Positions 1 to 9,320 of a stretch of 64,000 bases of DNA are shown piece by piece. Made by a program: the position numbers and the translations under genes. Origin of the DNA: an uncultured virus (IMG/VR IMGVR_UViG_3300005460_000001). Lineage: Duplodnaviria > Heunggongvirae > Uroviricota > Caudoviricetes. The notes under the pieces were generated by a model, which had not been told where the DNA came from, made no database searches, and saw only the letters and a program-made list of their open reading frames with translations. The stretch lies in IMG/VR virus record IMGVR_UViG_3300005460_000001, positions 62,001-126,000 of that record. One strand, given 5' to 3'. Position 1 is the first letter of the stretch. Each line of letters begins with the position of its first letter.

Positions 1-335
1 TTTACTTTTATATATTTTATTTTATCGTGTGGAATGATCATAGAATCTCCATTCTTATTAACGATAATAGTACAGTTACTCTTGCACGTATAAGATGTAA
101 CCTCATCATATTTTTCTATATTACCATTATCAAAATAAATAAATGCTTCAAAAAGTAAAATTCTACTACTACCGAATCTTATTTCAGATGGATCCATTGT
201 TTTAATCAAAGATGCATTATAGGATCCTTTTAGCTTATCCAAGTCAACTTTAGGTGCACTATTATTAGCCGGTGGAGTAGGATTTATCCCACTATCTAAT
301 TGCCTAAGAATAGTATTAAAATTATTATCACTCAT
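1..335 (-). CDS. hypothetical protein, partial (runs off window)
   Basis: ATG at 335 with GGAGG RBS; hand translation MSDNNFNTILRQLDSG... is open to position 1. Confidence 0.7.
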   Translation of the reverse strand, partial: MSDNNFNTILRQLDSGINPTPPANNSAPKVDLDKLKGSYNASLIKTMDPSEIRFGSSRILLFEAFIYFDNGNIEKYDEVTSYTCKSNCTIIVNKNGDSMIIPHDKIKYIKV

Positions 336-382
336 AGCGATTCCTCCTGTTTTATTTACTAAGGAGTTGAGATAAGGATAAA

Positions 383-409
383 TCCCTACTCCGTTTAAAG
401 GAGTAGGGA
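383..409. terminator. intrinsic terminator hairpin
   Basis: ccctactcc-gtttaaa-ggagtaggg inverted repeat downstream of terminase. Confidence 0.7.
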
Positions 410-418
410 CAATACAGA

Positions 419-2623
419 TCATCTTATTACAATATTATTAAAGTATTTCTGCATCGCTGCTCTTTCTTTATCTTGTTGCTCATCGTTTGGATACATATCG
501 TTGAACATGCTATCTGGAATCTTGTATGTTCCTGCGGTCATTAAATCCTCTTCATCAACATGATATTTCTCAGCATATGCTTTTCTTCCAATGGGATGAC
601 TTATGAAAGCTTGTATTGCAGCAGAATCTTGTTGTCTTTGTTTTTCCAAGAAATCCTCATATAAAATGCTCTTATCTGATTCTATATATTCCAATGACGC
701 TTTGATATCTCCGTCAATCTCTGTTTCAATATATTTGGAAATATCATCAAATGAATCATTTTCTATATAATCTATCTCTACATCTTCCTCGGTGTCTGTA
801 CGTATCATACGTTTATCCATACCGAAGTTTTCCATAAGGTCTTTTCCATAGTACCATACATAGAGAGCCATTAGATATGAGAATATCTGGTCATCATGCC
901 CGTTATCCGTGTGTTCTATACGACCATTCTTTTTCACTTCAAGCGTGCACAATTCATTATAAAGAATCTCTGCAGCAAATTTATTCTTATGATTATCCAT
1001 TCTGTCTCTAAGAATTTCCATAAGAAGATTTCTAGAAGCTTTAGTTTCGTCAAATCCATATACTTTAGTTTTTATCTTACGCTTGTTAAATCCGGAACCA
1101 TTTGGATCTATCCGGTCTTCAACAACTCTGTCTTTAATCTCATAATAGAGATTACGTTTAATCTTAGAGTTCTTCAATAAGCCTATAACGGAAGCTCCGA
1201 AACCACCATTTCGCTCAATATTAACTATCGCATTTGGCATGTACTTGACTACAAGTTCATAAATGCATTTAGCCAAATCTGGAATTGATATATAATTACA
1301 ATTTAGCGTTGCAATTACATCTGTAGTTTCAGAATCTATTACTGTTATAGCCGAAGAATCTTTATTATAACCACCAGAAACATCGACTCCTATGATAGGA
1401 GGAAATCTCTTAATCTGAGCCCTCTTATAAATATTCATAGTGAATATTCTGTTAAGAGTTATAGTATATAGCGGCGGCTTAATCTTAGTTTTTACAGCCT
1501 CAAGGTCTTGTTTTGTAAATGGAGAGTTATCAGAAGATACAGACCACTCAAGAAGAACCTCACGTCTAATCTTAGGCCAGTTTTTCTTAAGTTCCTTGAC
1601 CATTCTCTTGAAGTAATCAATTCCGGAACCGAGCTGCTTATAAGTAAATCTAGCATAAAAGAACGTGGAACTATCATTAAGGTTCTGTATTTCCTGCATC
1701 TGTTGATATGAATAATCGTAAAATACTTCTTGGAAAGGAGTAGCTGCTTCTTTAGTAGCATAAGCATCTTTCCCTTCATCCGTAGTCATATCTCCAGGTG
1801 TAGTAGTTATAAGTATACCATATGGAGCTCCATTGTTCTTTGCATTGCCAGAAGCCGTAACAAATGCAGGAGTTGCAGCAGCATATATAATATCATTAAA
1901 TAGAATAAATGCGTACTCATCATACCATTGCATCGGCATGGTACAACCACGACCTAAACCGTCTGCTCCAGCTTTATTTCTAGCACTAGATTTAGCAACT
2001 ATCAGGTTTCCATTGGAAGGATGTGCTATCTTTTCTGCTCTATTCGTAGCTTTTAGCTTTTTACCATCAAAACCATATGCTGAATCCATAATCAAGTAAG
2101 AAGGTAATGCCGCACGAATATTCTTAAGACGAATTAAGTTATCCTTAGAATCTTCATGCTTCTTATTCATAAATGCTATCTGTGAGTTGGTTGTGCCAAA
2201 GTTAAATACCCATAAGTACCATACACAAGCACTTACCGTTTTACCGTGCTGACGAGGCAATTCTAGAAAGAGATTAAAATTATTTACAAAACAATAATTT
2301 AGTGCTAGATTTCCTCTATGCAGTTTATACGGTACACCACCGCCAACAGTTCCACCTTGATCTGGAATTCTTACAACTTCTCTTATAAAATACCAAAAGT
2401 TTCGTTGACATTCTAAGAATATCTTCTTTTTCATCATTACATTTAGCTTAGGGTCTCTAGGGTCTACTCCTATTAAATCCGTATCATATATAGCTAAAAA
2501 GAATGCATTATTTTGAATACCTATTGATTTTAAGAAATAATGCATATCCAAGAATGATTGATTTTTGGTATTTGTATCATAGGTAATTGTAAATTGCATT
2601 TGTGGTTGTTGTTGAACTACCAC
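419..2623 (-). CDS. terL: terminase large subunit
   Basis: Walker A LPRQHGKT, Walker B WYDEYAF, coupling motif ITTTP, RNase H-like GVDVSGG..DSSAI and HDDQIFS. Confidence 0.9.
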   Translation of the reverse strand: MVVQQQPQMQFTITYDTNTKNQSFLDMHYFLKSIGIQNNAFFLAIYDTDLIGVDPRDPKLNVMMKKKIFLECQRNFWYFIREVVRIPDQGGTVGGGVPYKLHRGNLALNYCFVNNFNLFLELPRQHGKTVSACVWYLWVFNFGTTNSQIAFMNKKHEDSKDNLIRLKNIRAALPSYLIMDSAYGFDGKKLKATNRAEKIAHPSNGNLIVAKSSARNKAGADGLGRGCTMPMQWYDEYAFILFNDIIYAAATPAFVTASGNAKNNGAPYGILITTTPGDMTTDEGKDAYATKEAATPFQEVFYDYSYQQMQEIQNLNDSSTFFYARFTYKQLGSGIDYFKRMVKELKKNWPKIRREVLLEWSVSSDNSPFTKQDLEAVKTKIKPPLYTITLNRIFTMNIYKRAQIKRFPPIIGVDVSGGYNKDSSAITVIDSETTDVIATLNCNYISIPDLAKCIYELVVKYMPNAIVNIERNGGFGASVIGLLKNSKIKRNLYYEIKDRVVEDRIDPNGSGFNKRKIKTKVYGFDETKASRNLLMEILRDRMDNHKNKFAAEILYNELCTLEVKKNGRIEHTDNGHDDQIFSYLMALYVWYYGKDLMENFGMDKRMIRTDTEEDVEIDYIENDSFDDISKYIETEIDGDIKASLEYIESDKSILYEDFLEKQRQQDSAAIQAFISHPIGRKAYAEKYHVDEEDLMTAGTYKIPDSMFNDMYPNDEQQDKERAAMQKYFNNIVIR

Positions 2624-2650
2624 GATGAATTACCTCCCTTCCATTAAAAT

Positions 2651-2662
2651 TATATGGATGTT
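2651..2662 (-). promoter_or_regulatory. late (nvRNAP) promoter AACA-N6-TA
   Basis: exact motif just upstream of the terL RBS; matches the AR9 late consensus. Confidence 0.75.
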
Positions 2663-2749
2663 CTGGAAAGGAGGGTTTAGGGGTGTTAAATGAAGCGGCT
2701 TAAACAAAAAATAAACTCGGGTAGGAGTTTATCCCACCCGAGCATACTT

Positions 2750-3163
2750 TTATTTATATTTTCTCTTTTTATTCTTTACATCATATATTCCGATGCTGAT
2801 ACCAGAAAGAATCATAACTGTTGCTATCATGATATTTTTAATGACTAACACGATATCTGTATTTCCACTGATCTTTACTAGTATAGCTGCTCCAGAAATC
2901 ATAAGAATCATTGAAATTAATGTGAATAGTCTGATATGTAAATTAACCATTATATCAGTTCTTCTAATCAATTTCTTTATTAGTATTCTATATAATTTCT
3001 TGGCTGCTTTTGTTTCTGGTTTGATATACCTCTTGTTAACCTCTTTACAGATTAATGCTAGTTTTTGACTTTCAGTTAGATTCTTCCTTTTTGCTCCGCC
3101 ATTTCCTTTGATTACTGTGAAATTTCTCTCCTTATTATAATTCCTCGCTAAATTGTTATTCAT
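2750..3163 (-). CDS. membrane protein (2 TM)
   Basis: ORF with basic N-terminus and two hydrophobic segments. Confidence 0.65.
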   Translation of the reverse strand: MNNNLARNYNKERNFTVIKGNGGAKRKNLTESQKLALICKEVNKRYIKPETKAAKKLYRILIKKLIRRTDIMVNLHIRLFTLISMILMISGAAILVKISGNTDIVLVIKNIMIATVMILSGISIGIYDVKNKKRKYK

Positions 3164-3204
3164 ACTTTACCCCTTTCTTTGCTATACGCAAACTATATTA
3201 TTAT

Positions 3205-3224
3205 TTCACAGATATGATATATAA
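3205..3224 (-). promoter_or_regulatory. candidate early promoter (TATATATCATA..TGAA)
   Basis: variant of a recurring TATATTAT-type motif upstream of non-structural genes. Confidence 0.5.
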
Positions 3225-3245
3225 GTGAAACAAGTATAATTCACG

Positions 3246-5351
3246 TTATTTATCTTTTGACGGAGCAAGCAGTATTTCTTCTTCTTCATCTATATACATC
3301 ATACCCTTTATCATTTCATCTTCTTCTGGAGAAAGTTTCACCTTGCGAGATTCCATATTCATAAATTCCTGTGGTCTAGGCATGAAATATAAATCGGTCT
3401 GTGAAGGAGCGGTTTTGGTATATGACAAAGGATTATACAGTGTCTTACTAATTTTCTGATATTCTAAGCTTACTGTTATAGATGGATGCTTTTTCAAAGC
3501 AGTATCGAGGTTAACCAATGCATACTCTGCATTTTCATCGGTCCAATCCGGATTTTCAAGAACTTTATCGTCATCAAGACCTAATCTAATTTGATTAGCT
3601 ATAATAACTTCCAGATGAACTGCAGAAACAGAAAGATTGCCATTTATTACTGCATTTACAAATTCTTGAATAATAATGTCTTTAGTCATTCCATTTACTT
3701 TTGGAAGTTTGCTAATAACCTCTTTAACCTTGTTAAGAGTATCGCTAAGTTCATTATTAGCAATATGAACAAGGAAAAGATCTGTGTCTATTAGCTTCTC
3801 CATGTCTATCATATAGTTTCCTTCTGTTGGCTCAGGCATAGACTTAACCAAATCAGAAAGCTCCTGTGAAAGCATTAGTTCATCATTACTCTTTAGATAA
3901 ATCTGAGTAACCTTTCCTTTTGGGCTTATCACGTTGAACCATCTTACAGTTTCCTCTTCTTCTTCATCAAAATCCATACATGCAGTATCTATTTCTAGAG
4001 TCCATTTCTTACAATCGAAATCATCTTTTATATGAATGGCGTTATAACTCACATCAAATATATCAGAAAATTCATCACACCAATCGAGATTTTTGATATT
4101 AGATTCCAGCAAATGCTTAGCGGATAAGAGCATTTGTGTTAACTCTGATGATAGTATCTCCGCTGCTATGGTACCGATATTTATATCGTAATTTGTATAT
4201 GCTAGGTCGCCATAGCATCTATAACAAATTCCTTCCCCTCTTGCATGAGACGCACAAGTACATGGGCTCCTAAACAATACAGTTTGCCCTATCAGATGTT
4301 TATCGGTACGATAATTTATTTTCATTTCTGGTCCATCGGCTCTAAAACGATAATACCGATTATTATACATCTTTAATACTTTTTCGTTATATATAGTAAT
4401 CTTTATGAAGTTCTTTGTGCCGCATGAATAATTAGGATTTGAGTGAAGATTCGTATCCCTGTTGTTTAATCCAAGTATTCTAGCAAAAGCCCCAGACGTT
4501 CCTACATTTTTCTTAGAGATAATTAAAGCCTGTCTTCCTTTACCGGATTCTGGAAGTATATCAGATAACGTACTGAGCCCTTTGTTTATGAAACTAGAAT
4601 TTATTATATGGGGGTAAGCACCGCCATCCCCATCTGGAACTGTACCAATATTAATGGCAAACTCTCTAAATTGCTTAGGATTGATGCCTTCTCCCACAGC
4701 AAATGAGTTCCCCAGACAATGTTCAGAATTCTTCATGATATTAATGGCTTTATTGGTTATGGCCATTCCCACATTCTTCACATCTTCTATTGGAGTTTTT
4801 GATAGGTCTGCGTGAACACAATCATAAAATTCTTGGTTCACATTCATTAACTCTATAGTATCCTCATCATTGATGGTGTTGCAAAGATATAATGAAAATT
4901 CATCAATGTATCTAAGTTTATACAGAGTATCGTCTATAATATTACATAATTTTTTATTTGATATCCTAGATCTGTTTTTATTTAAAAACTTGGTATCAAT
5001 ATATTCTTTAATACGATGCTTATTAAACACGTCGTCAAAGAATAAATAATATGATGTAATTTGCTCATCTGTTTTTGCCGGCATCGTCCACATCATAAGA
5101 TTAAGCATATAATCAAATATTGATAAGGTTACATCCACATTATCGGCAAACATTATATTTATTGCCATATGCTGTACATAATCCGTTTCTATTCCATCTC
5201 TAAGAATATTTAGTATAGAATAGAAATGAGAGTCAATGTTGTCCTTATTAATATCCTTTGTAAAGATTTGGATATTTCCATTTTTAACCAAAGGAACATA
5301 GACCCCATAGTTCTTAAAGTTTTGTAAATTTGATCCGTATAGTGCCTCCAT
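3246..5351 (-). CDS. multisubunit RNA polymerase beta' subunit, C-terminal part (non-virion RNAP type)
   Basis: Zn site CTC...ICYRCYG, bridge-helix-like GRQALIISKKNVGTSGAFAR, trigger-loop-like LTQMLLSAKH; split beta' as in phiKZ/AR9. Confidence 0.85.
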   Translation of the reverse strand: MEALYGSNLQNFKNYGVYVPLVKNGNIQIFTKDINKDNIDSHFYSILNILRDGIETDYVQHMAINIMFADNVDVTLSIFDYMLNLMMWTMPAKTDEQITSYYLFFDDVFNKHRIKEYIDTKFLNKNRSRISNKKLCNIIDDTLYKLRYIDEFSLYLCNTINDEDTIELMNVNQEFYDCVHADLSKTPIEDVKNVGMAITNKAINIMKNSEHCLGNSFAVGEGINPKQFREFAINIGTVPDGDGGAYPHIINSSFINKGLSTLSDILPESGKGRQALIISKKNVGTSGAFARILGLNNRDTNLHSNPNYSCGTKNFIKITIYNEKVLKMYNNRYYRFRADGPEMKINYRTDKHLIGQTVLFRSPCTCASHARGEGICYRCYGDLAYTNYDINIGTIAAEILSSELTQMLLSAKHLLESNIKNLDWCDEFSDIFDVSYNAIHIKDDFDCKKWTLEIDTACMDFDEEEEETVRWFNVISPKGKVTQIYLKSNDELMLSQELSDLVKSMPEPTEGNYMIDMEKLIDTDLFLVHIANNELSDTLNKVKEVISKLPKVNGMTKDIIIQEFVNAVINGNLSVSAVHLEVIIANQIRLGLDDDKVLENPDWTDENAEYALVNLDTALKKHPSITVSLEYQKISKTLYNPLSYTKTAPSQTDLYFMPRPQEFMNMESRKVKLSPEEDEMIKGMMYIDEEEEILLAPSKDK

Positions 5352-5477
5352 ATAGTATCTCTCCTTTATTGTATTAATATAAAGTTTCGCATCATGTTCT
5401 TTTTTATAATATATAATAGAAACAAAAATTTGGGCATGGGAACTCTATCCCATGCCCTATGCTGCTTATTATACTTA

Positions 5478-5933
5478 TCAATCTTTTGAAACCCTTTCTT
5501 CTCCGCCGGCTCTCATGAAAGATTTCGGAAGTCTTGAATTTTTGATGAAATCTTTCTGAGCCTGCACTGCGAGGCGGCTTCCCTTGCTACTGTACTTGTG
5601 AACGATCTTTGCAATGAGCTCTCTTTCTTTGATTCTATTCTTTGCCAGCTGATCCCATAATGGGTCATTGTTTTCTCTAGCGAGATCAAGACACATCTTC
5701 TTTGTACGTCTACTCAAATCATCCTTCTTGGACAAACGCATGATTGTCTTCTTGGACAGCTTTCCTTCGCTTACCAGCTCTTCTCCAATTCCTCCCGGAG
5801 CACAAAACTCTTTGATCTGCTCATCTGTCCAGCTCATCGCCTCCATCATAAGAGAAGATTCAAATATCTTATTAGGATTCTTAAATACATCTGAAATGGT
5901 TTCTGCAATTGAACCTGTGATAAAAATACCCAT
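5478..5933 (-). CDS. hypothetical late (probably virion) protein
   Basis: ORF with RBS, own AACA-N6-TA promoter (5989-6000) and downstream hairpin. Confidence 0.65.
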   Translation of the reverse strand: MGIFITGSIAETISDVFKNPNKIFESSLMMEAMSWTDEQIKEFCAPGGIGEELVSEGKLSKKTIMRLSKKDDLSRRTKKMCLDLARENNDPLWDQLAKNRIKERELIAKIVHKYSSKGSRLAVQAQKDFIKNSRLPKSFMRAGGEERVSKD

Positions 5934-5988
5934 TTATAATTTCCTCCTTATTCTTTTAATTATGTAAAGGACTACAACCCATATACAT

Positions 5989-6000
5989 TACCAATATGTT
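5989..6000 (-). promoter_or_regulatory. late promoter AACA-N6-TA
   Basis: exact motif. Confidence 0.7.
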
Positions 6001-6081
6001 TCTTATATATGCGTATATAAGAAAATTACATTTTCCAGAACTTTGAATTAAATAATATATTATTATATTGGAGGAGAAAAC

Positions 6082-6201
6082 ATGAGTGATCGAATTACTA
6101 ATTTTATAACGACTGTTATATTTCATATCATTGTAGGATTGTTCGGACAATTAGGAGCAGCATTTATTCTTATTAGAACTGTAAAACACATGGAGGATTA
6201 A
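6082..6201 (+). CDS. small membrane peptide (39 aa)
   Basis: GGAGG RBS; MSDRITNFITTVIFHIIVGLFGQLGAAFILIRTVKHMED*; ends just before the polymerase start. Confidence 0.55.
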   Translation: MSDRITNFITTVIFHIIVGLFGQLGAAFILIRTVKHMED

Positions 6202-6204
6202 ATT

Positions 6205-8367
6205 ATGGTAACTGCAGTAAAAGAAGAATTAGAGAAAAATCAATGGATCCAATCTAGATATAAAATAGCACTTAAGAGAATGATAAAATTGAATTTTCCA
6301 GATTTAACTAATTATGATATTGACAAAGCATTAGACTACAGTATAGAGAAAAGGTACAAAGCAGAGCCTGCTACCATCTATAATAACTATTCAGAGAAAA
6401 CCGTAGATATGCTTTTATCTGAATTGACAGATTACATTTATCAAAAGCAACCTATCATAACAGCTTGGGGAGTTATGTTTAAACGTCATGATTCCGGGGT
6501 GCTTAATCCATTAACCAAACTGATATACATGTTTATGACTAATAGAGATAAGTTTAAACAAATTAGAAATACCTTTATTAAGGGTTCGGAAGATTTTGAA
6601 AATTATGATCTGTTGCAAGTGCTGGCCAAGGTTGATACTAATGCTATTTATGGTGCGCTAGGAAGTGTTGCTTGTGTATTATATAATCTTCACGTTGCTG
6701 CTAGTATAACTTTCCAAGGAAGATCTTATATATCTTCAGCAATTATGTTTTTTGAAGCCTTTCTGTCGAATAACGTAAAGTTTGCTTCTCTTGAAGAGAT
6801 AATTACATTTATAGATAATGTCAGAACAGAAAGGGGTAATAGGCACTATGACGACAAAGATATTCTTGATAGAGATATAGGAATATATGAAGTATTAAAT
6901 AAGATAATACTTACATGTGGAGATTTCAGAAGAGGGAAAATTAAATGGATTCCATCACAGAGAGATTTAGACATAGTATTTGAGCAACTTTCAAATTGTT
7001 CTCAAGAAGATCTTAATAGGATTTATTATAAGAATAACCTGTATGCATTCTTGGATAATAAAGTAATGAGTAAAGCGTTAATTTATCTTCTCAAGACAAT
7101 GAAAGTTCCGTATCTTGACCCGAATAAAGTACCAGAAGAGATATCAGTAGAAATGGATACATTCTGCGATCTTTTAAGAGAATACGTGTTCTATAATTAT
7201 CAAATTCTTGATAGGATAGATAGAAATACGCATATGATAAAGAACGTATCTCTCATATCAGATACAGATTCTACAATAGTTTGTTTCGATAGGTTCTATA
7301 AGTACACTCTAGACAAGGTAAAAGACATACCAATGGAAATTAAGAAAGTCTTTGTAAAAGGTATGGAATATGTAGAAAATGATTGGCAGGGGAATCCAGA
7401 ACTAATAAGAGGAATGGTATATGAAGACCCAGATTACGATTATAATTTTCAAGACCAGTCTGTAATAGAAGTAGAAAGAATGATAAATCCAATGGTTGTT
7501 ATACCGCAGGATAATCTTAGATATTCTATAATTAATATTATAGGGCATTGTTGTGGAATTTTATGTAATGAATATATTGAAGGACATACAAAGATGGGCA
7601 ATTCCTATGATCCTACAAGGAAAACTCTTATGTTTATCAAGAATGAGTTTACTTTTAGGAGAGTATTGATGACCTTAGTTAAGAAAGCATATGCAGCTAA
7701 AGTAGAGGTACAAGAAGGCAATATGGTTCCAGAGTCTGAATCCTGTGCTATAACCGGATTAACAATGAAAAAAAATGTATATGCACCAGAGACAAGATCA
7801 GAACTGCAAAGAATACTATATGAAGATATTCTTAAACCAGAAACAATAGATCAAGTAAAAGTAATTAAAGACCTAGCTATATTTGAATCAAAGATTTTTG
7901 AATCTTTGAGAAATGGAGAAAAGACATTTTATAAACCGGTAAGTTTTAAAGCAATGAATAAATATGACGACCCACTCAAAATACAAGGAATCAAGGCATC
8001 GTTGATATGGAATGAAGTTAAAGACCCAGAACTTGAGGCTATTGATCTAACAGCTAAAAACAATTTGGATGTGGTAAAGGTAATCATTAATCCAACCACT
8101 GTAGAAACTATTAGAGATGATTTTCCGGAAGAATACGAAAGATTAAAAACAATTATTGAAGGGAATTCAGATTTATCTAAAGTACTCAAAGGTAAAATAG
8201 ATACTATAGCTGTTCCCAGAAATGTAGCAACTCCGGTTTGGATAACAAGGCTTATAGACTATGTAGATATAGCAAATTACAACCTTAAGAATTTCCCGGT
8301 AGAATCAGTAGGAATAATGAGGATGGGAAAGGATAATGTGAATTATAGCAATATCCTCAAGCTATAA
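6205..8367 (+). CDS. family B DNA polymerase, polymerase-domain subunit (split type)
   Basis: motif B KVDTNAIYG, motif C SDTDS, KKAYA; no N-terminal exonuclease motifs recognised. Confidence 0.8.
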   Translation: MVTAVKEELEKNQWIQSRYKIALKRMIKLNFPDLTNYDIDKALDYSIEKRYKAEPATIYNNYSEKTVDMLLSELTDYIYQKQPIITAWGVMFKRHDSGVLNPLTKLIYMFMTNRDKFKQIRNTFIKGSEDFENYDLLQVLAKVDTNAIYGALGSVACVLYNLHVAASITFQGRSYISSAIMFFEAFLSNNVKFASLEEIITFIDNVRTERGNRHYDDKDILDRDIGIYEVLNKIILTCGDFRRGKIKWIPSQRDLDIVFEQLSNCSQEDLNRIYYKNNLYAFLDNKVMSKALIYLLKTMKVPYLDPNKVPEEISVEMDTFCDLLREYVFYNYQILDRIDRNTHMIKNVSLISDTDSTIVCFDRFYKYTLDKVKDIPMEIKKVFVKGMEYVENDWQGNPELIRGMVYEDPDYDYNFQDQSVIEVERMINPMVVIPQDNLRYSIINIIGHCCGILCNEYIEGHTKMGNSYDPTRKTLMFIKNEFTFRRVLMTLVKKAYAAKVEVQEGNMVPESESCAITGLTMKKNVYAPETRSELQRILYEDILKPETIDQVKVIKDLAIFESKIFESLRNGEKTFYKPVSFKAMNKYDDPLKIQGIKASLIWNEVKDPELEAIDLTAKNNLDVVKVIINPTTVETIRDDFPEEYERLKTIIEGNSDLSKVLKGKIDTIAVPRNVATPVWITRLIDYVDIANYNLKNFPVESVGIMRMGKDNVNYSNILKL

Positions 8368-8384
8368 AAATAATGGAGTACGGG

Positions 8385-8621
8385 TTATCGCTGTACTCCA
8401 AACTTTTTCTCGTATATATTGATTCCTATTCTTGTAAAAATATTGTAGATTATTTTTATTAAGATGAAACAAACAAAAAAGAAAGATACTATATTATCAT
8501 CAATAACGAGATGAAATAGTATCTTCATAAATAAATAAGCTAAAGGGATAGATAATACCATTGCAATACTTAATGCTATATCTGGTATTACCTTTTTGTA
8601 GTTAAAATGTATTTTATTCAT
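8385..8621 (-). CDS. small membrane protein
   Basis: AGGAGG RBS, two hydrophobic segments. Confidence 0.6.
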   Translation of the reverse strand: MNKIHFNYKKVIPDIALSIAMVLSIPLAYLFMKILFHLVIDDNIVSFFFVCFILIKIIYNIFTRIGINIYEKKFGVQR

Positions 8622-8668
8622 ACCGCAATGACCTCCTTTCTCTATATTTATTATTATAATGTACGAGA

Positions 8669-8680
8669 AACATCTTGATA
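8669..8680 (+). promoter_or_regulatory. late promoter AACA-N6-TA
   Basis: exact motif upstream of ATG 8704. Confidence 0.7.
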
Positions 8681-8703
8681 ATCAAAATCAAAGGAGAAAA
8701 ATT

Positions 8704-9261
8704 ATGGGAGATATTTATATTAAAACTGATGGAAATAGAAGAGTTACTGCTATTCATTATAATCCATTTGATCCAGTTCAAGGAACTGGAGAAACAAGAG
8801 AAGAGATGGAGAAGACCGGTTTTTTCGTAGATGAAGTTCCAGAGCCAAATAATATTACTGGTAGAAGGGCTATAGCTATGTATAATCCAGATACTAGAAA
8901 AATTTATTATGAATATGTCGGCATTCCGTTATCTGATAAAGAGAGATTGGATTTGATAGAGAACACTATGAACGAGATTCTTGTAGGAGTTTCTAATATT
9001 ATTGGAATTGGAGTTGCGTTAGAGCCAGCAAAGTTAATATCGTTGGATGGGGAGACGGAGAGTTTAAGCGTCGGAGAAGCAGGGGAACAAGCCAATATTG
9101 AGTTTTCTGATGAACAATTGGAATCCTTAAAGAATACTGCTAAATATATAGCTCATCAAATTATTTCTGGAAATATGGAATTGGAATTTGCATATAAAAA
9201 CTTCCCAAATATTGCTGGTATAATTAAAGATGAGTTACAGGCAAATGGAATTCAGGGTTAG
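8704..9261 (+). CDS. hypothetical protein, resembles Firmicutes phage tail-fibre-associated small proteins
   Basis: AAGGAG RBS before ATG 8704; IHYNPFDP...PEP...YNP..IYYEY pattern. Confidence 0.55.
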   Translation: MGDIYIKTDGNRRVTAIHYNPFDPVQGTGETREEMEKTGFFVDEVPEPNNITGRRAIAMYNPDTRKIYYEYVGIPLSDKERLDLIENTMNEILVGVSNIIGIGVALEPAKLISLDGETESLSVGEAGEQANIEFSDEQLESLKNTAKYIAHQIISGNMELEFAYKNFPNIAGIIKDELQANGIQG

Positions 9262-9320
9262 ATGTGTTGAGGTGGTGCATACGTGCCACCTCTATTATTT
9301 TTCGATTAAAGGGTGATTAT

